Positions 9,400-18,310 of a DNA stretch of 64,000 nt are shown one piece after another. Both the position numbers and the translations under genes were made by a program. The DNA is from Acidobacteriota bacterium (GTDB lineage: Bacteria; Acidobacteriota; UBA6911; RPQK01; JADFOI01). The stretch lies in NCBI GenBank assembly GCA_963663035.1, contig OY760074.1, positions 2,496,001-2,560,000 of the forward strand. The letters are read 5' to 3'. Below the pieces are notes generated by a model. The model searched no databases, was not told the DNA's origin, and saw only the letters and a list, made by a program, of their open reading frames with translations. Position 1 is the first letter of the stretch, and each line of letters opens with the position of its first letter.

Positions 9400-9468
9400 T
9401 GACCTTGCCCCCTTCCTAAACCGAAAATCCTAACATTCAAACTGGAATCGTTTTAGGAGGCAAGGTCA
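9400..9468. mobile_element. 69-bp miniature IS3-end derivative with two TGACCTTGCC termini
   Basis: TGACCTTGCC...GGCAAGGTCA; interior is a diverged reverse complement of the IS left end. Confidence 0.8.
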
Positions 9469-9537
9469 GTGTTCCAGAAAATCCTCGACGAGAATCATCA
9501 ACCTCGCGTCCTATTTTAACCCGATATTTTCAGACTT

Positions 9538-9804
9538 TCAGACTTTCGGGGTTTCAGACTTCTTGACGACCCATCGGGCAACTAGATCTTCGACAAGCTT
9601 GCTGAACTCCCTGCCCTCATCTAAAAGACGTTTTTTAGCAGCGAGGTGCGTCTGTTTGCGCAAATAGACGGTTACCTGAGCGTAGTCCGGGTTGCTCTTC
9701 TTACCTGGCGGTCGCCCCACTTTCCGGGGGGCAGTCGCACGGGCTGTGGCTTTAAGCGCGGAGGTTTTAGGTTTTTCTTGGGTAGGTAGCTTTCCGAAGT
9801 TCTC
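9538..9804 (-). pseudogene. Small DNA-binding/partition-type (RHH-like) protein, 5' end removed by IS3 copy 2
   Basis: Frame open from IS boundary: ENFGKLPTQEKP...GRPPGKKSNPDYAQVTVYL...FSKLVEDLVARW. Confidence 0.55.
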
Positions 9805-11071
9805 TGACCTTGCCCCCTAAAACGAGTCCAGTTTGAATGTTAGGATTTCCGGTTTAGGAAGGAGGCAAGGATGGCAGGGAAGCGGTTTAGGGCAGAACAG
9901 ATCATCATGAAGCTGCGTGAGGCAGAGGTGGGTCTGGCCCAAGGACAGAGGGTGGGACAGGTGTCGAAGCAGATGGGGGTGAGCGAGCAGACCTACTACC
10001 GGTGGCGCAAAGAGTACGGAGGGCTCCGGTTGGACCAGGCCAAGAGGTTGAAGGTGTTGGAGAAGGAGAATACCCGGTTGAAGAAGCTGGTGGCGGATCT
10101 GTCTTTGGACAAGCAGATCCTGAAGGAAGTGTCCTCGGGAAACTTCTAGGCCCGGCGAACAGGAGACGAGCGGTGATGTGGGTACGAGAGCGATTAGGAG
10201 CAGAGCAAGTCTCCGAACGTCGGGCCTGCCAAGTGCTGGGACAGGTTCGATCGACCCAGCGAAGGGAAAGGCAAATTCCCGATGATGAGGCCCGATTGGT
10301 GGCCCGGATGGTGGAGTTGGCTACGCAATACGGGCGTTATGGCTACCGGCGGGTCACGGCGATACTTCATGGGGAAGGGTGGAAGGTGAATCCTAAGCGG
10401 GTGGAGAGGCTGTGGAGACAAGAAGGGCTGAAAGTCCCGTCCAGACAGCCGAAACGAAGGAGGCTGTGGCTTAATGACGGTTCCTGTGTTCGGTTACGAG
10501 CGGCTCGCAAGAACCACGTCTGGAGCTATGATTTCGTGCATGAACGGACCCATGATGGGCGAGCCTTTCGGCTATTGACGATCCTGGATGAGTACACCAG
10601 AGAGTGCCTCGCCATTGATGTGAAACGGCAGATGAATCACCAAGACGTGTTGGACCGGCTGGCGGAGTTATTCGTTGATCGGGGAGTGCCTGAGTTTATC
10701 CGGTCCGATAACGGATCGGAGTTTACGGCACAGGCGGTCCGGGACTGGCTGCAGGCTGTTGGGGTAAGGACCTTGTACATCGAGCCGGGCAGCCCCTGGG
10801 AGAATGGGTACATTGAGAGTTTCAACGGGAAACTACGGGATGAGCTGCTGAACATGGAGATCTTCGACACGCTGGGGGAAGCCAAGGTGTTGGTAGAACG
10901 CTGGCGGAGGGATTACAATCAGATCCGGCCTCACAGCGCCTTGGCCTATCGGCCGCCGGCGCCAGAGGCCAAACTACCTAGGTCGCAGGCACTGGATCCA
11001 ATCCCTTGGAGTGGACTTCAAATGGTCCCGGGTCTAGCATAGAGGGTGGACTCGTTCGTGGGGGCAGGTCA
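9805..11071 (+). mobile_element. IS3-family insertion sequence, copy 2
   Basis: Same ends and length as copy 1; one visible R>Q change. Confidence 0.95.
9871..11042 (+). CDS. IS3 transposase OrfAB
   Basis: As copy 1. Confidence 0.92.
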
Positions 11072-11128
11072 GCGGCTGTGAAAAGGCCCGAAAGCTAAAG
11101 CCTACGGGCCAGCCCCGCTTGCGATACA

Positions 11129-12940
11129 ATGTCGACTGTGGCGACGCGAAAAACAGTGCGAATTGGCAACGCCAGCGGGTACTGGGGAGACGATTCGGAC
11201 GCTCTGGCCCAACAGGCTGCTGGTCCTCTCGATTACATCACGCTGGATTTTCTGGCCGAGATTACCATGTCCGTCCTGCAGAAACAGCGCTCCAGGCGAG
11301 CCGAACTGGGCTATGCCACTGACTTTCTCGACCAGATGCGGGCCTGCCTCCCCACTCTCAGCGACAGCGGAACTCGAATCATCAGCAATGCGGGAGGCAT
11401 CAACCCGCAGGGCTGTGCCGAGGAACTGGCAAAAATCGCACAGGCACTGGGAGTACAAACCACCATCGCGGTGGTCTGTGGGGACGATCTCACCGATCGT
11501 CTGGACCCACTTCTGGAGAAGGGAATCCCTCTCACCAACCTGGACACCGGCCAGAGCCTGCAGACCATACGCGACCGCGTGCGAGGCGCCAATGCCTATC
11601 TGGGCGCAGCACCCGTCATCAAAGCGCTGGAGGAAGGGGCCGAGATCGTCATCACCGGCCGGGTCACCGACGCCGGCATCACCGTGGCGCCTCTGGCCTT
11701 TGAGTTCGAGTGGAGCCTACAGGATTGGGATCGACTGGCGGGGGCCGTGGCAGCGGGCCATATTTTGGAATGCGGGGCACAAGCCAGCGGGGGCAATATC
11801 ACCGATTGGCAAACGGTACCTTCCTTTCTGAACATGGGACATCCCATTGTGGAGTACTCTGCAGAGGGAAGCTTCTGCGTGACCAAGCACAGCAACACCG
11901 GAGGCGTGGTTAACCGCCAAACCGTCACCTCCCAACTGGTTTACGAAATAGGGGATCCACGCAGCTACATGACCCCGGACGTGATTGCTGATTTTTCCAG
12001 CATCACCCTGGAGGACCAGGGAGAAGACCGGGTCAAGATTTCGGGAGTGAAGGGGCGAGCACGTACCGATCAGCTGAAGGTTTCCATCGCCTACCAGGCC
12101 GGTTACAAAGCCCACGGCACCATGATTGTGAGTGGTCCCGATGCAGTTGAGAAATGCCGCCTCCTGGCCCATCTGTTGTGGAAGCGTCTGGGGCTGGAGT
12201 TCGAGGAGACCAGTACTGAACTCGTGGGTCACAGCGCCTGCCACCACCATTTGGCGCCCGCAACCGATCCGCCTGAGATCCTTCTTCGCCTGGGAGTTCG
12301 TGACTCGAACCGGGAAAAAGTTGAGGCCTTCACCAGAAAATCGACTTCCCTTGTTCTCAACAGTGTTCCCGGAGTGGCCCTGGTGGGGGCACGGCCCCGG
12401 GTTGAGGAGGTTGTAGCCTTCTGGCCTTGTCTGGTTCCCGCCTCAGAAGTGACTGCCAACGTGACGCTGCTGGACAGCAGCCACACCTTTCAAATTCCGT
12501 GGACACCGGCCCAGGGAGAGGCATCATCACCACCTGCCGACCTTCCAGAGTGTCAGGAGAAAGCGCCCACCCCTGCCAAGGGGCGCTCAGTGAGGGTGCC
12601 ACTCAGGGAACTCTGCTACGCTCGTTCAGGAGATAAAGGAGACACCTGCAATATCGGGGTGGTGAGCCGCAGCCAGGAGATCTACGACTGGATCTGCCAT
12701 GAACTCACTGCCCCGCGGCTGAAGGATTACTTCTCAGAGCTCTGCCAGGGAAGGGTGGAGCGCTTTGAGATCCCCAATCTCCTGGCCCTCAATTTTCTAC
12801 TGCACCAATCCTTGGGTGGAGGCGGAACCCTCTCGCTGCGAATTGACCCTCAAGGGAAAACCTTAGCAGACGCACTACTCCTGATGGAGGTGGAGGTCCC
12901 GGAAGAACTGCTGGGGGGAACGCTGAACGCTGACCACTGA
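11129..12940 (+). CDS. atuA: Acyclic terpene utilization AtuA-family protein (DUF1446); start may be GTG 11138
   Basis: RIGNASGYWGD, DFLAEITM, GHILECG, ARSGDKGD, LGGGG...DPQGK. Confidence 0.85.
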   Translation: MSTVATRKTVRIGNASGYWGDDSDALAQQAAGPLDYITLDFLAEITMSVLQKQRSRRAELGYATDFLDQMRACLPTLSDSGTRIISNAGGINPQGCAEELAKIAQALGVQTTIAVVCGDDLTDRLDPLLEKGIPLTNLDTGQSLQTIRDRVRGANAYLGAAPVIKALEEGAEIVITGRVTDAGITVAPLAFEFEWSLQDWDRLAGAVAAGHILECGAQASGGNITDWQTVPSFLNMGHPIVEYSAEGSFCVTKHSNTGGVVNRQTVTSQLVYEIGDPRSYMTPDVIADFSSITLEDQGEDRVKISGVKGRARTDQLKVSIAYQAGYKAHGTMIVSGPDAVEKCRLLAHLLWKRLGLEFEETSTELVGHSACHHHLAPATDPPEILLRLGVRDSNREKVEAFTRKSTSLVLNSVPGVALVGARPRVEEVVAFWPCLVPASEVTANVTLLDSSHTFQIPWTPAQGEASSPPADLPECQEKAPTPAKGRSVRVPLRELCYARSGDKGDTCNIGVVSRSQEIYDWICHELTAPRLKDYFSELCQGRVERFEIPNLLALNFLLHQSLGGGGTLSLRIDPQGKTLADALLLMEVEVPEELLGGTLNADH

Positions 12941-12992
12941 CCGCTGACAGGAGAGAGAATCCAGAATATCTCCGGAACCGGAGGTCTTGCCC

Positions 12993-13190
12993 CTATCCCC
13001 CCGGCGTCGCGGCCTGGCCCTTGCTCCCCATGAGCATGAGGGCAATGGCAAGCAGTGCAAAGTTGTCGCAGGCTCGGGAAAAGGACTCGGCAGGGATGTT
13101 CATGATGGGACTGCCCACTAAGCCCACAATGACGCCAACGATGAAGGCCACGAAGGCAAGACCAACTAATCCTTTGGCAAGGTTCTCCAT
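12993..13190 (-). CDS. Small two-TM membrane protein
   Basis: Strong RBS AGGAGGAGG; two hydrophobic segments. Confidence 0.65.
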   Translation of the reverse strand: MENLAKGLVGLAFVAFIVGVIVGLVGSPIMNIPAESFSRACDNFALLAIALMLMGSKGQAATPGG

Positions 13191-13285
13191 GATTGACCTC
13201 CTCCTTTCAGGCAGGTCTGACTCACTTGCGGAGTTGTGGCGATTTTAGCAGGAGGAGCTGAAGTTTTCGGCCGGGATGGGTGGGC

Positions 13286-13888
13286 TTATTCCCCGGCCAG
13301 CCTGATTAATTCCCGTTCCAACAGTTGCTGGCTGTATTTGGTTCCGTTGGGCAGGTTGCGGTTCTGCATCCACACAGTTGGCTTGGGCACCGTCCCTTCC
13401 CAGGTGATCTGAGGTTCATAGACCACAAAGATGTCCCAGGCGGCTTCTCCCCTGGGGTAGTTCAACTCGCTGGTGAAGGTCTTGAGGCCGAAGCCCCAGA
13501 GGTCCCAAAAGTGCTCTACCCGGGGGTCTGCCAGGAAAGCCGAGGCCTCTTTGGAGGTCGATTCGTTATCCCTCTGAAGGATGGGGGACCAGAGGGCAAA
13601 GACCTTGAGTTTCGCGTCCGGGTTCCGCTGCAGGACTTCTAAAGTTTCGAGGGCCCCTCGAAGACAATTGGGTCAAGTGGGAGAAAACACCAGGACCAGA
13701 CGAGTACGATCTGCCGTGGCGTTGAAAGCGTTGACGAATTCTTTTCCGTCAAAAGAAAGCGTTGAGACATACTGTTGCTCCCCTGGGAAAACGTCCTGGT
13801 AAGCGACCTCAAGTCTGGATGATGGAAGCTGCCCTGCCTCAAGAGACGGGAAAAACGCCAGCAGGAGTAGCAAAAACGGTAGTCTCAT
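13286..13888 (-). CDS. Secreted thioredoxin-like selenoprotein (SPT-U-PNC), 200 aa
   Basis: Signal peptide; in-frame TGA at 13675-13673 in UxxC; frame continues 128 sense codons to TAA; hairpin TTCGAGG-GGC-CCTCGAA 10 nt after TGA. Confidence 0.8.
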
Positions 13889-13895
13889 AACACTG

Positions 13896-13924
13896 AAGAT
13901 ATCGAATCACTCTGTAGGTTGCAA
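13896..13924 (-). promoter_or_regulatory. sigma70 promoter of the selenoprotein gene (probably leaderless)
   Basis: TTGCAA-N17-TATCTT, 7 nt before ATG. Confidence 0.65.
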
Positions 13925-13982
13925 GTAGAAGGTGAAATGGAGTGAAAAAACCCAGTGTGTGAAGACGGGTCACGGGGAGGAC

Positions 13983-15104
13983 TCATCGCCGTGTCAACTT
14001 CTTCATGAGTGATGCCAGGCCACCTGAACCGCCTTTGCTGGGTACATTCACAGCCTTGTCCCCTGTATATCGCAAGGCCAAGCCAACGGCAACCGCAAAA
14101 TCACAGCCATCATCTTTTCCAGCCGGCAGCGTCCTTCCATTCCTTTTCACCTTTTCAAAGGGGTTGAGAAATTCGACCGGGACCTGAAAGGTCTCTTGCA
14201 AGAACTCCCTCAATCCCTCTGTGCGACTGGCACCTCCACAGATGTAAATCGTTTCCATTTCCTCGAACTCGGAAGCCGTTCTGAAATAGTCAAATGTCTT
14301 TTGGACCTCGAGAGCTAAAATCTCTGAAACAGACTGCAGAACAGTGCTCACTGTGCCTTTAAGCTCCTCTGGTGCTTTCCCCTGTTTGTATTGGTCGGCC
14401 TCCTCAAAGGAAACACCCAGATCTCTCTGAACATATTCGGTGTAATAGTTTCCGCCCATTCCGATGTCGCGAGTGAAAATGAACTCGTTCCCTGTGGCGA
14501 TATTGACGTTCATGATGGATGCACCGATGTTCAGCAATGCCACCACACTATCCGCTTTGGGCTTGTAGTTGACCTCATAGACATTATGCAGAGCGAAGGA
14601 ATCAAGGTCCATGATCGCCGGTTCCTTTCCTGCCATGGCGATAACATCGCTCTGGTTGTCGATGGTCTCTCGCTTGGCAGCAACCAGGATGACATTGGTC
14701 TCACTGCCGTCTGCGGATGGACCCAGGAGGTGGTAGTCCAGATACACTTCAGCGATGTCGAAAGGGATATACTGCTCTGCTTCCCAGTGGATCGATTCTC
14801 CCACTTCCTCTGCGCTCTTGGCGGGCAGCGATATCTTCTTTACGATCACCGCCGGGCCAGAGACCGAGCTTGCAATCTGATCGCTCTTGATTTTCTGGGA
14901 ATGGAAAAGGTTATTGATCGCGTCTGCGACAGCCTCCCGTTTGGTGATTGCTCCATCGATTATCGTACCGGTGGCAAGAGGTTCTATTCCAGCAGACTCG
15001 AGCTGATAGCCTCCACGCACCGATTGCAGGGACACCACTTTGATAGCCGAGGAGCCAATGTCCAAACCAATCAAATTACTTGCTTTAGATCCAAATAACG
15101 CCAT
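13983..15104 (-). CDS. pilM: Type IV pilus assembly protein PilM
   Basis: IGLDIGSSAIKVV, WEAEQYIPFD, ICGGAS, AVAVGLALR. Confidence 0.9.
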   Translation of the reverse strand: MALFGSKASNLIGLDIGSSAIKVVSLQSVRGGYQLESAGIEPLATGTIIDGAITKREAVADAINNLFHSQKIKSDQIASSVSGPAVIVKKISLPAKSAEEVGESIHWEAEQYIPFDIAEVYLDYHLLGPSADGSETNVILVAAKRETIDNQSDVIAMAGKEPAIMDLDSFALHNVYEVNYKPKADSVVALLNIGASIMNVNIATGNEFIFTRDIGMGGNYYTEYVQRDLGVSFEEADQYKQGKAPEELKGTVSTVLQSVSEILALEVQKTFDYFRTASEFEEMETIYICGGASRTEGLREFLQETFQVPVEFLNPFEKVKRNGRTLPAGKDDGCDFAVAVGLALRYTGDKAVNVPSKGGSGGLASLMKKLTRR

Positions 15105-15123
15105 GAGATCTCCTCTCAACAGT

Positions 15124-18036
15124 TCAATCTATTTTCTCTTCTTGTACCGTTTCTCCTGTCTTCGCTTCCGCTCCCTCTTTCCCTGAGTAGTGGAGGCAGT
15201 AATTGCGTATCTGCTCCAGAGGCAGAACCCTGCGGAGCTCTTCCAGTGTTGTAATGCCCTGGGCGACCTTGTTGAGGGCATCCCCAACCATCGGCATGAG
15301 GCCGGTGCGTCGAGCCACCTCCCGAATATCCCCTTCGAGATTGCTTATGGCTAAAATCACTTCCGGACTCAGCTCCCAATATTCGTAAACACCCAACCGG
15401 CCCTTGTAGCCAAGATAATCACAGGCCGCACAACCGGCACCACTTACAAATTCTACACCTTCAGGACGGCCACCGGGGTAAAAAAGGGAAATCAGTGCCG
15501 GATCCGGCCCATAGTGTTGCCGGCACTTGGTACAGATGCGTCGTGCCAATCGCTGCGACATGACCGCCAAAAGAGCCTCCCCGGCCAGGGCGCTGTCAAC
15601 CCCCAGGTTGCGCAGCCGCTGGAGTGCCCCCACACTGTCATTGGTATGCAGGGTGCTAAAGACCAGATGCCCGGTCATGGCCGCCCTGAGACACGACTCG
15701 GCAGTTGCCTCGTCACGAATCTCACCAATCAGAATGATATCCGGATCCTTCCGCAAAAAACGGCGAGCGTACTCGGAGAAGGTATTTCCAATATCCTCAT
15801 TGACCTTGTACTGACAAATCCCATCCAGGTAATACTCCACCGGATCCTCAGCGGTGACGATTTTCTTCTCTGTACTGTTGAGGTGAGCCAGGGTGGAATA
15901 GAGAGTCGTGCTCTTCCCACTTCCGGTTGGACCCGTCAGCAAGATCAATCCCTGAGGGTTTTCAACCAGAAGTAAGTAGCGCTCCAACATTTTAGGTGGA
16001 CAACCTAAAGCTTCCAGTGGCAGTAAATTTTTTGAAGTATCAAGAATTCGAATGACAGCGTCTTCTCCAAAATCGGTCGTATGAAGATTGATGCGAAAGT
16101 CCACAAAGCGACCTTTCCCGATGCTCATCTTAAAGACGCCATCCTGGGACCGCCGGTGCTCGGTAATGTCCAGAGCTGCATCCACCTTAAAGACTGAGAT
16201 GATGCTTCGGATGTTGTCCTTCGTCATGGGCGTCTTGCGCTCTTGCAGAAGACCGTCTAGCCGAAACCGCACACGAATGCGGTTTTCCATGTTTTCGACG
16301 TGAACGTCGCTGGCAGACTCAACCACAGCTCGGTAGAGAACCTGATTAATGATCCTCCTGATCTGAGGAATATCCTCGGTGGCAACGAGATCCTTTCGAT
16401 CGTGCACCGCACCCAGCGAAACGGTCTCCATCTCCACCTGATCCTCTATGAGCCCCTGGAAGTTGTACAGATAGCCGATGCCTTCCTTGAGGTTGGAAGG
16501 GGAAGACAAGACAGGTTTCAAGTTAAAGCCATGGTGAGCCAACGAACTCTTTACCGAGTCAATTACTTTCAAGTCATAGGGTTCGGCCATGGCCACTACC
16601 AGCTCTTTGGACTCGTAGTCGACCGACAGGGGCAGTACCAGATTGCGCTGAGCGAACCTCTGTGAAATGAGCTTGCTCAATTCCAAGTCGATGTCCCCGC
16701 TGGAAAAGCGGCGATACTCGTATCCAAGCCTCTCCGCCAAATACATGAAAGTCACGTCTTCTGACACATATCCGTGCCGGATCAACAACTCACCCAGTTT
16801 CGCTTTCGAAGTTTTCTGTTCCCGCAAACAGATGTCCAGCTGGGTTCGGTCGATGAAACCCTCGGCCAGCAGATAGTCACCCAGCCGCATCTCCTCGGCT
16901 CTCAAATAGTGACGGCGCTCGTAGCACTCCTTGATGCCAGTTTTCAGTTCTTCAGCGTCGGTAGGAATGAGTTTCGGATGCAGACCTGTCACTTGCCTGA
17001 TCTCTGAAACCAGAGTGGCATCGGGAGCACCCGAACTGGCTAACAGCAAGTCTCCCATGATCTTGCTCAAGGGCAGCACCTGGTACTCTAAAGCCATTGC
17101 CTCGGGGATCAAGCGCAGGACTTTCGTGTCAATGAAAGAAGAGGGATCAAAGTGAGGTTTATCAGTGCCCTCCCGTTCCTTCAGATGTTGTTGGAGTTCC
17201 TCTTCCGAGAGAAAGTGGAGGTCAACTAAAAGCTCGCTGAGCTTTTTCGGCTCAGCGCCGTATTGGCTTTGCTCCGCATACTTGAGAAAGTCTAGTTTGG
17301 ATTCCTCTTTCGCGATCGGATCGCTTTCCTGCTCTGCTTTCGCTTCCTCTACAGGCTCATCTACTGCCCCCTCTACTGGCTCCTCTACTGGCTCCGGCTG
17401 GGAAGCCTCCGCCGGAACTGGATCGTTCGGCTGCTCTGCTGCCGCTTCCTCTACTGCTTCCTCTACTGCTTCCTCTACTGCCCCCTCTACTGGCTCCTCT
17501 ACTGGCTCCGGCTGGGAAGCCTCCGCCGGAACTGGATCGCTCGCCTGCTCTGCTTCCGCTTCCTCGACTGCCTCCACTACAACCTTTGGTTGGGAGGTCT
17601 CTATCGGAAATCGATCGCTGGCCTCGCCCATGTCTGCATACCCTATAGTGTCCCCTAGCGGAAAGGGATCGCTGGCATCGCCCAGTTCTGCATACCGTAT
17701 AGGCTCTGGCTGGGCTTGATCCCCGTCAACTTTGGATTCATCAGGAGCACCATCCACCGGCGCTTCCACTTCAGAACCGGAAGAGGGAACAATGTGAATC
17801 ACTTTGCCCAATCGCTCTCGAAGTTCCTGCAACTGCTCCGGCGACAGGTCTTTCTCGGCGGCCAGTACCACATCCTGTGGACCATACCTGCCCACGGGAG
17901 TGACCCCGAAGTCTCGAACCACGTCAGCAGGAAAGTCTTTGATGAGATCAGGGTCGGCCTGAACGGCCAATTTGAAGTCGACCTTTTCGTCTGTGGTGGG
18001 CCCGTCCTGGGAAGAACTTTGGTGCGAATCGGTCAT
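15124..18036 (-). CDS. pilB: PilB/GspE secretion ATPase with MshEN domain(s) and acidic N-terminal linker
   Basis: ASDVHVE, GPTGSGKSTT, EDPVEY, DPDIILIGEIRD, TGHLVFSTLH, tetra-Cys; RLGDYLL..G MshEN motif. Confidence 0.9.
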   Translation of the reverse strand: MTDSHQSSSQDGPTTDEKVDFKLAVQADPDLIKDFPADVVRDFGVTPVGRYGPQDVVLAAEKDLSPEQLQELRERLGKVIHIVPSSGSEVEAPVDGAPDESKVDGDQAQPEPIRYAELGDASDPFPLGDTIGYADMGEASDRFPIETSQPKVVVEAVEEAEAEQASDPVPAEASQPEPVEEPVEGAVEEAVEEAVEEAAAEQPNDPVPAEASQPEPVEEPVEGAVDEPVEEAKAEQESDPIAKEESKLDFLKYAEQSQYGAEPKKLSELLVDLHFLSEEELQQHLKEREGTDKPHFDPSSFIDTKVLRLIPEAMALEYQVLPLSKIMGDLLLASSGAPDATLVSEIRQVTGLHPKLIPTDAEELKTGIKECYERRHYLRAEEMRLGDYLLAEGFIDRTQLDICLREQKTSKAKLGELLIRHGYVSEDVTFMYLAERLGYEYRRFSSGDIDLELSKLISQRFAQRNLVLPLSVDYESKELVVAMAEPYDLKVIDSVKSSLAHHGFNLKPVLSSPSNLKEGIGYLYNFQGLIEDQVEMETVSLGAVHDRKDLVATEDIPQIRRIINQVLYRAVVESASDVHVENMENRIRVRFRLDGLLQERKTPMTKDNIRSIISVFKVDAALDITEHRRSQDGVFKMSIGKGRFVDFRINLHTTDFGEDAVIRILDTSKNLLPLEALGCPPKMLERYLLLVENPQGLILLTGPTGSGKSTTLYSTLAHLNSTEKKIVTAEDPVEYYLDGICQYKVNEDIGNTFSEYARRFLRKDPDIILIGEIRDEATAESCLRAAMTGHLVFSTLHTNDSVGALQRLRNLGVDSALAGEALLAVMSQRLARRICTKCRQHYGPDPALISLFYPGGRPEGVEFVSGAGCAACDYLGYKGRLGVYEYWELSPEVILAISNLEGDIREVARRTGLMPMVGDALNKVAQGITTLEELRRVLPLEQIRNYCLHYSGKEGAEAKTGETVQEEKID
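17360..17539. repeat. Intragenic 66-bp perfect direct repeat (period 114) plus EEAV microrepeats in pilB
   Basis: 17360-17425 equals 17474-17539. Confidence 0.85.
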
Positions 18037-18083
18037 GGCGAATGGATCGTCCTTATTAGACTTCCATTATACCAAAAGCTACT

Positions 18084-18310
18084 CTAATTAGCGGTGAAGA
18101 GCTGGCGGAAGCCCAGGCTCACAATGTCCTGGAGACGAGGCGTGGCGGGAGGCATTTGGGTCGGATTCAGAAAGTCGGTGTCGAACGAGAAGTTGAGATC
18201 AGCAATCGAAAAGACGGCGGTGCAGCACTTAAAGACCCCAACCCCGTACTGGGAATAGTAGAGACTGGCCAGAGAACCCCGGTAGTTGAAAGCTTGGCCG
18301 CTTGGCCACT
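18084..18310 (-). pseudogene. C-terminal remnant of a PilX-like pilus accessory protein cut by IS3 copy 3
   Basis: Manual frame WPSGQAFNYRGSLASLYYSQYGVGVFKCC...FSFDTDFLNPTQMPPATPRLQDIVSLGFRQLFTAN*, directly upstream of pilB. Confidence 0.55.

Noticed and set aside
13325-13642. Plus-strand 105-aa ORF
   Set aside because: Antisense to the post-UGA half of the selenoprotein
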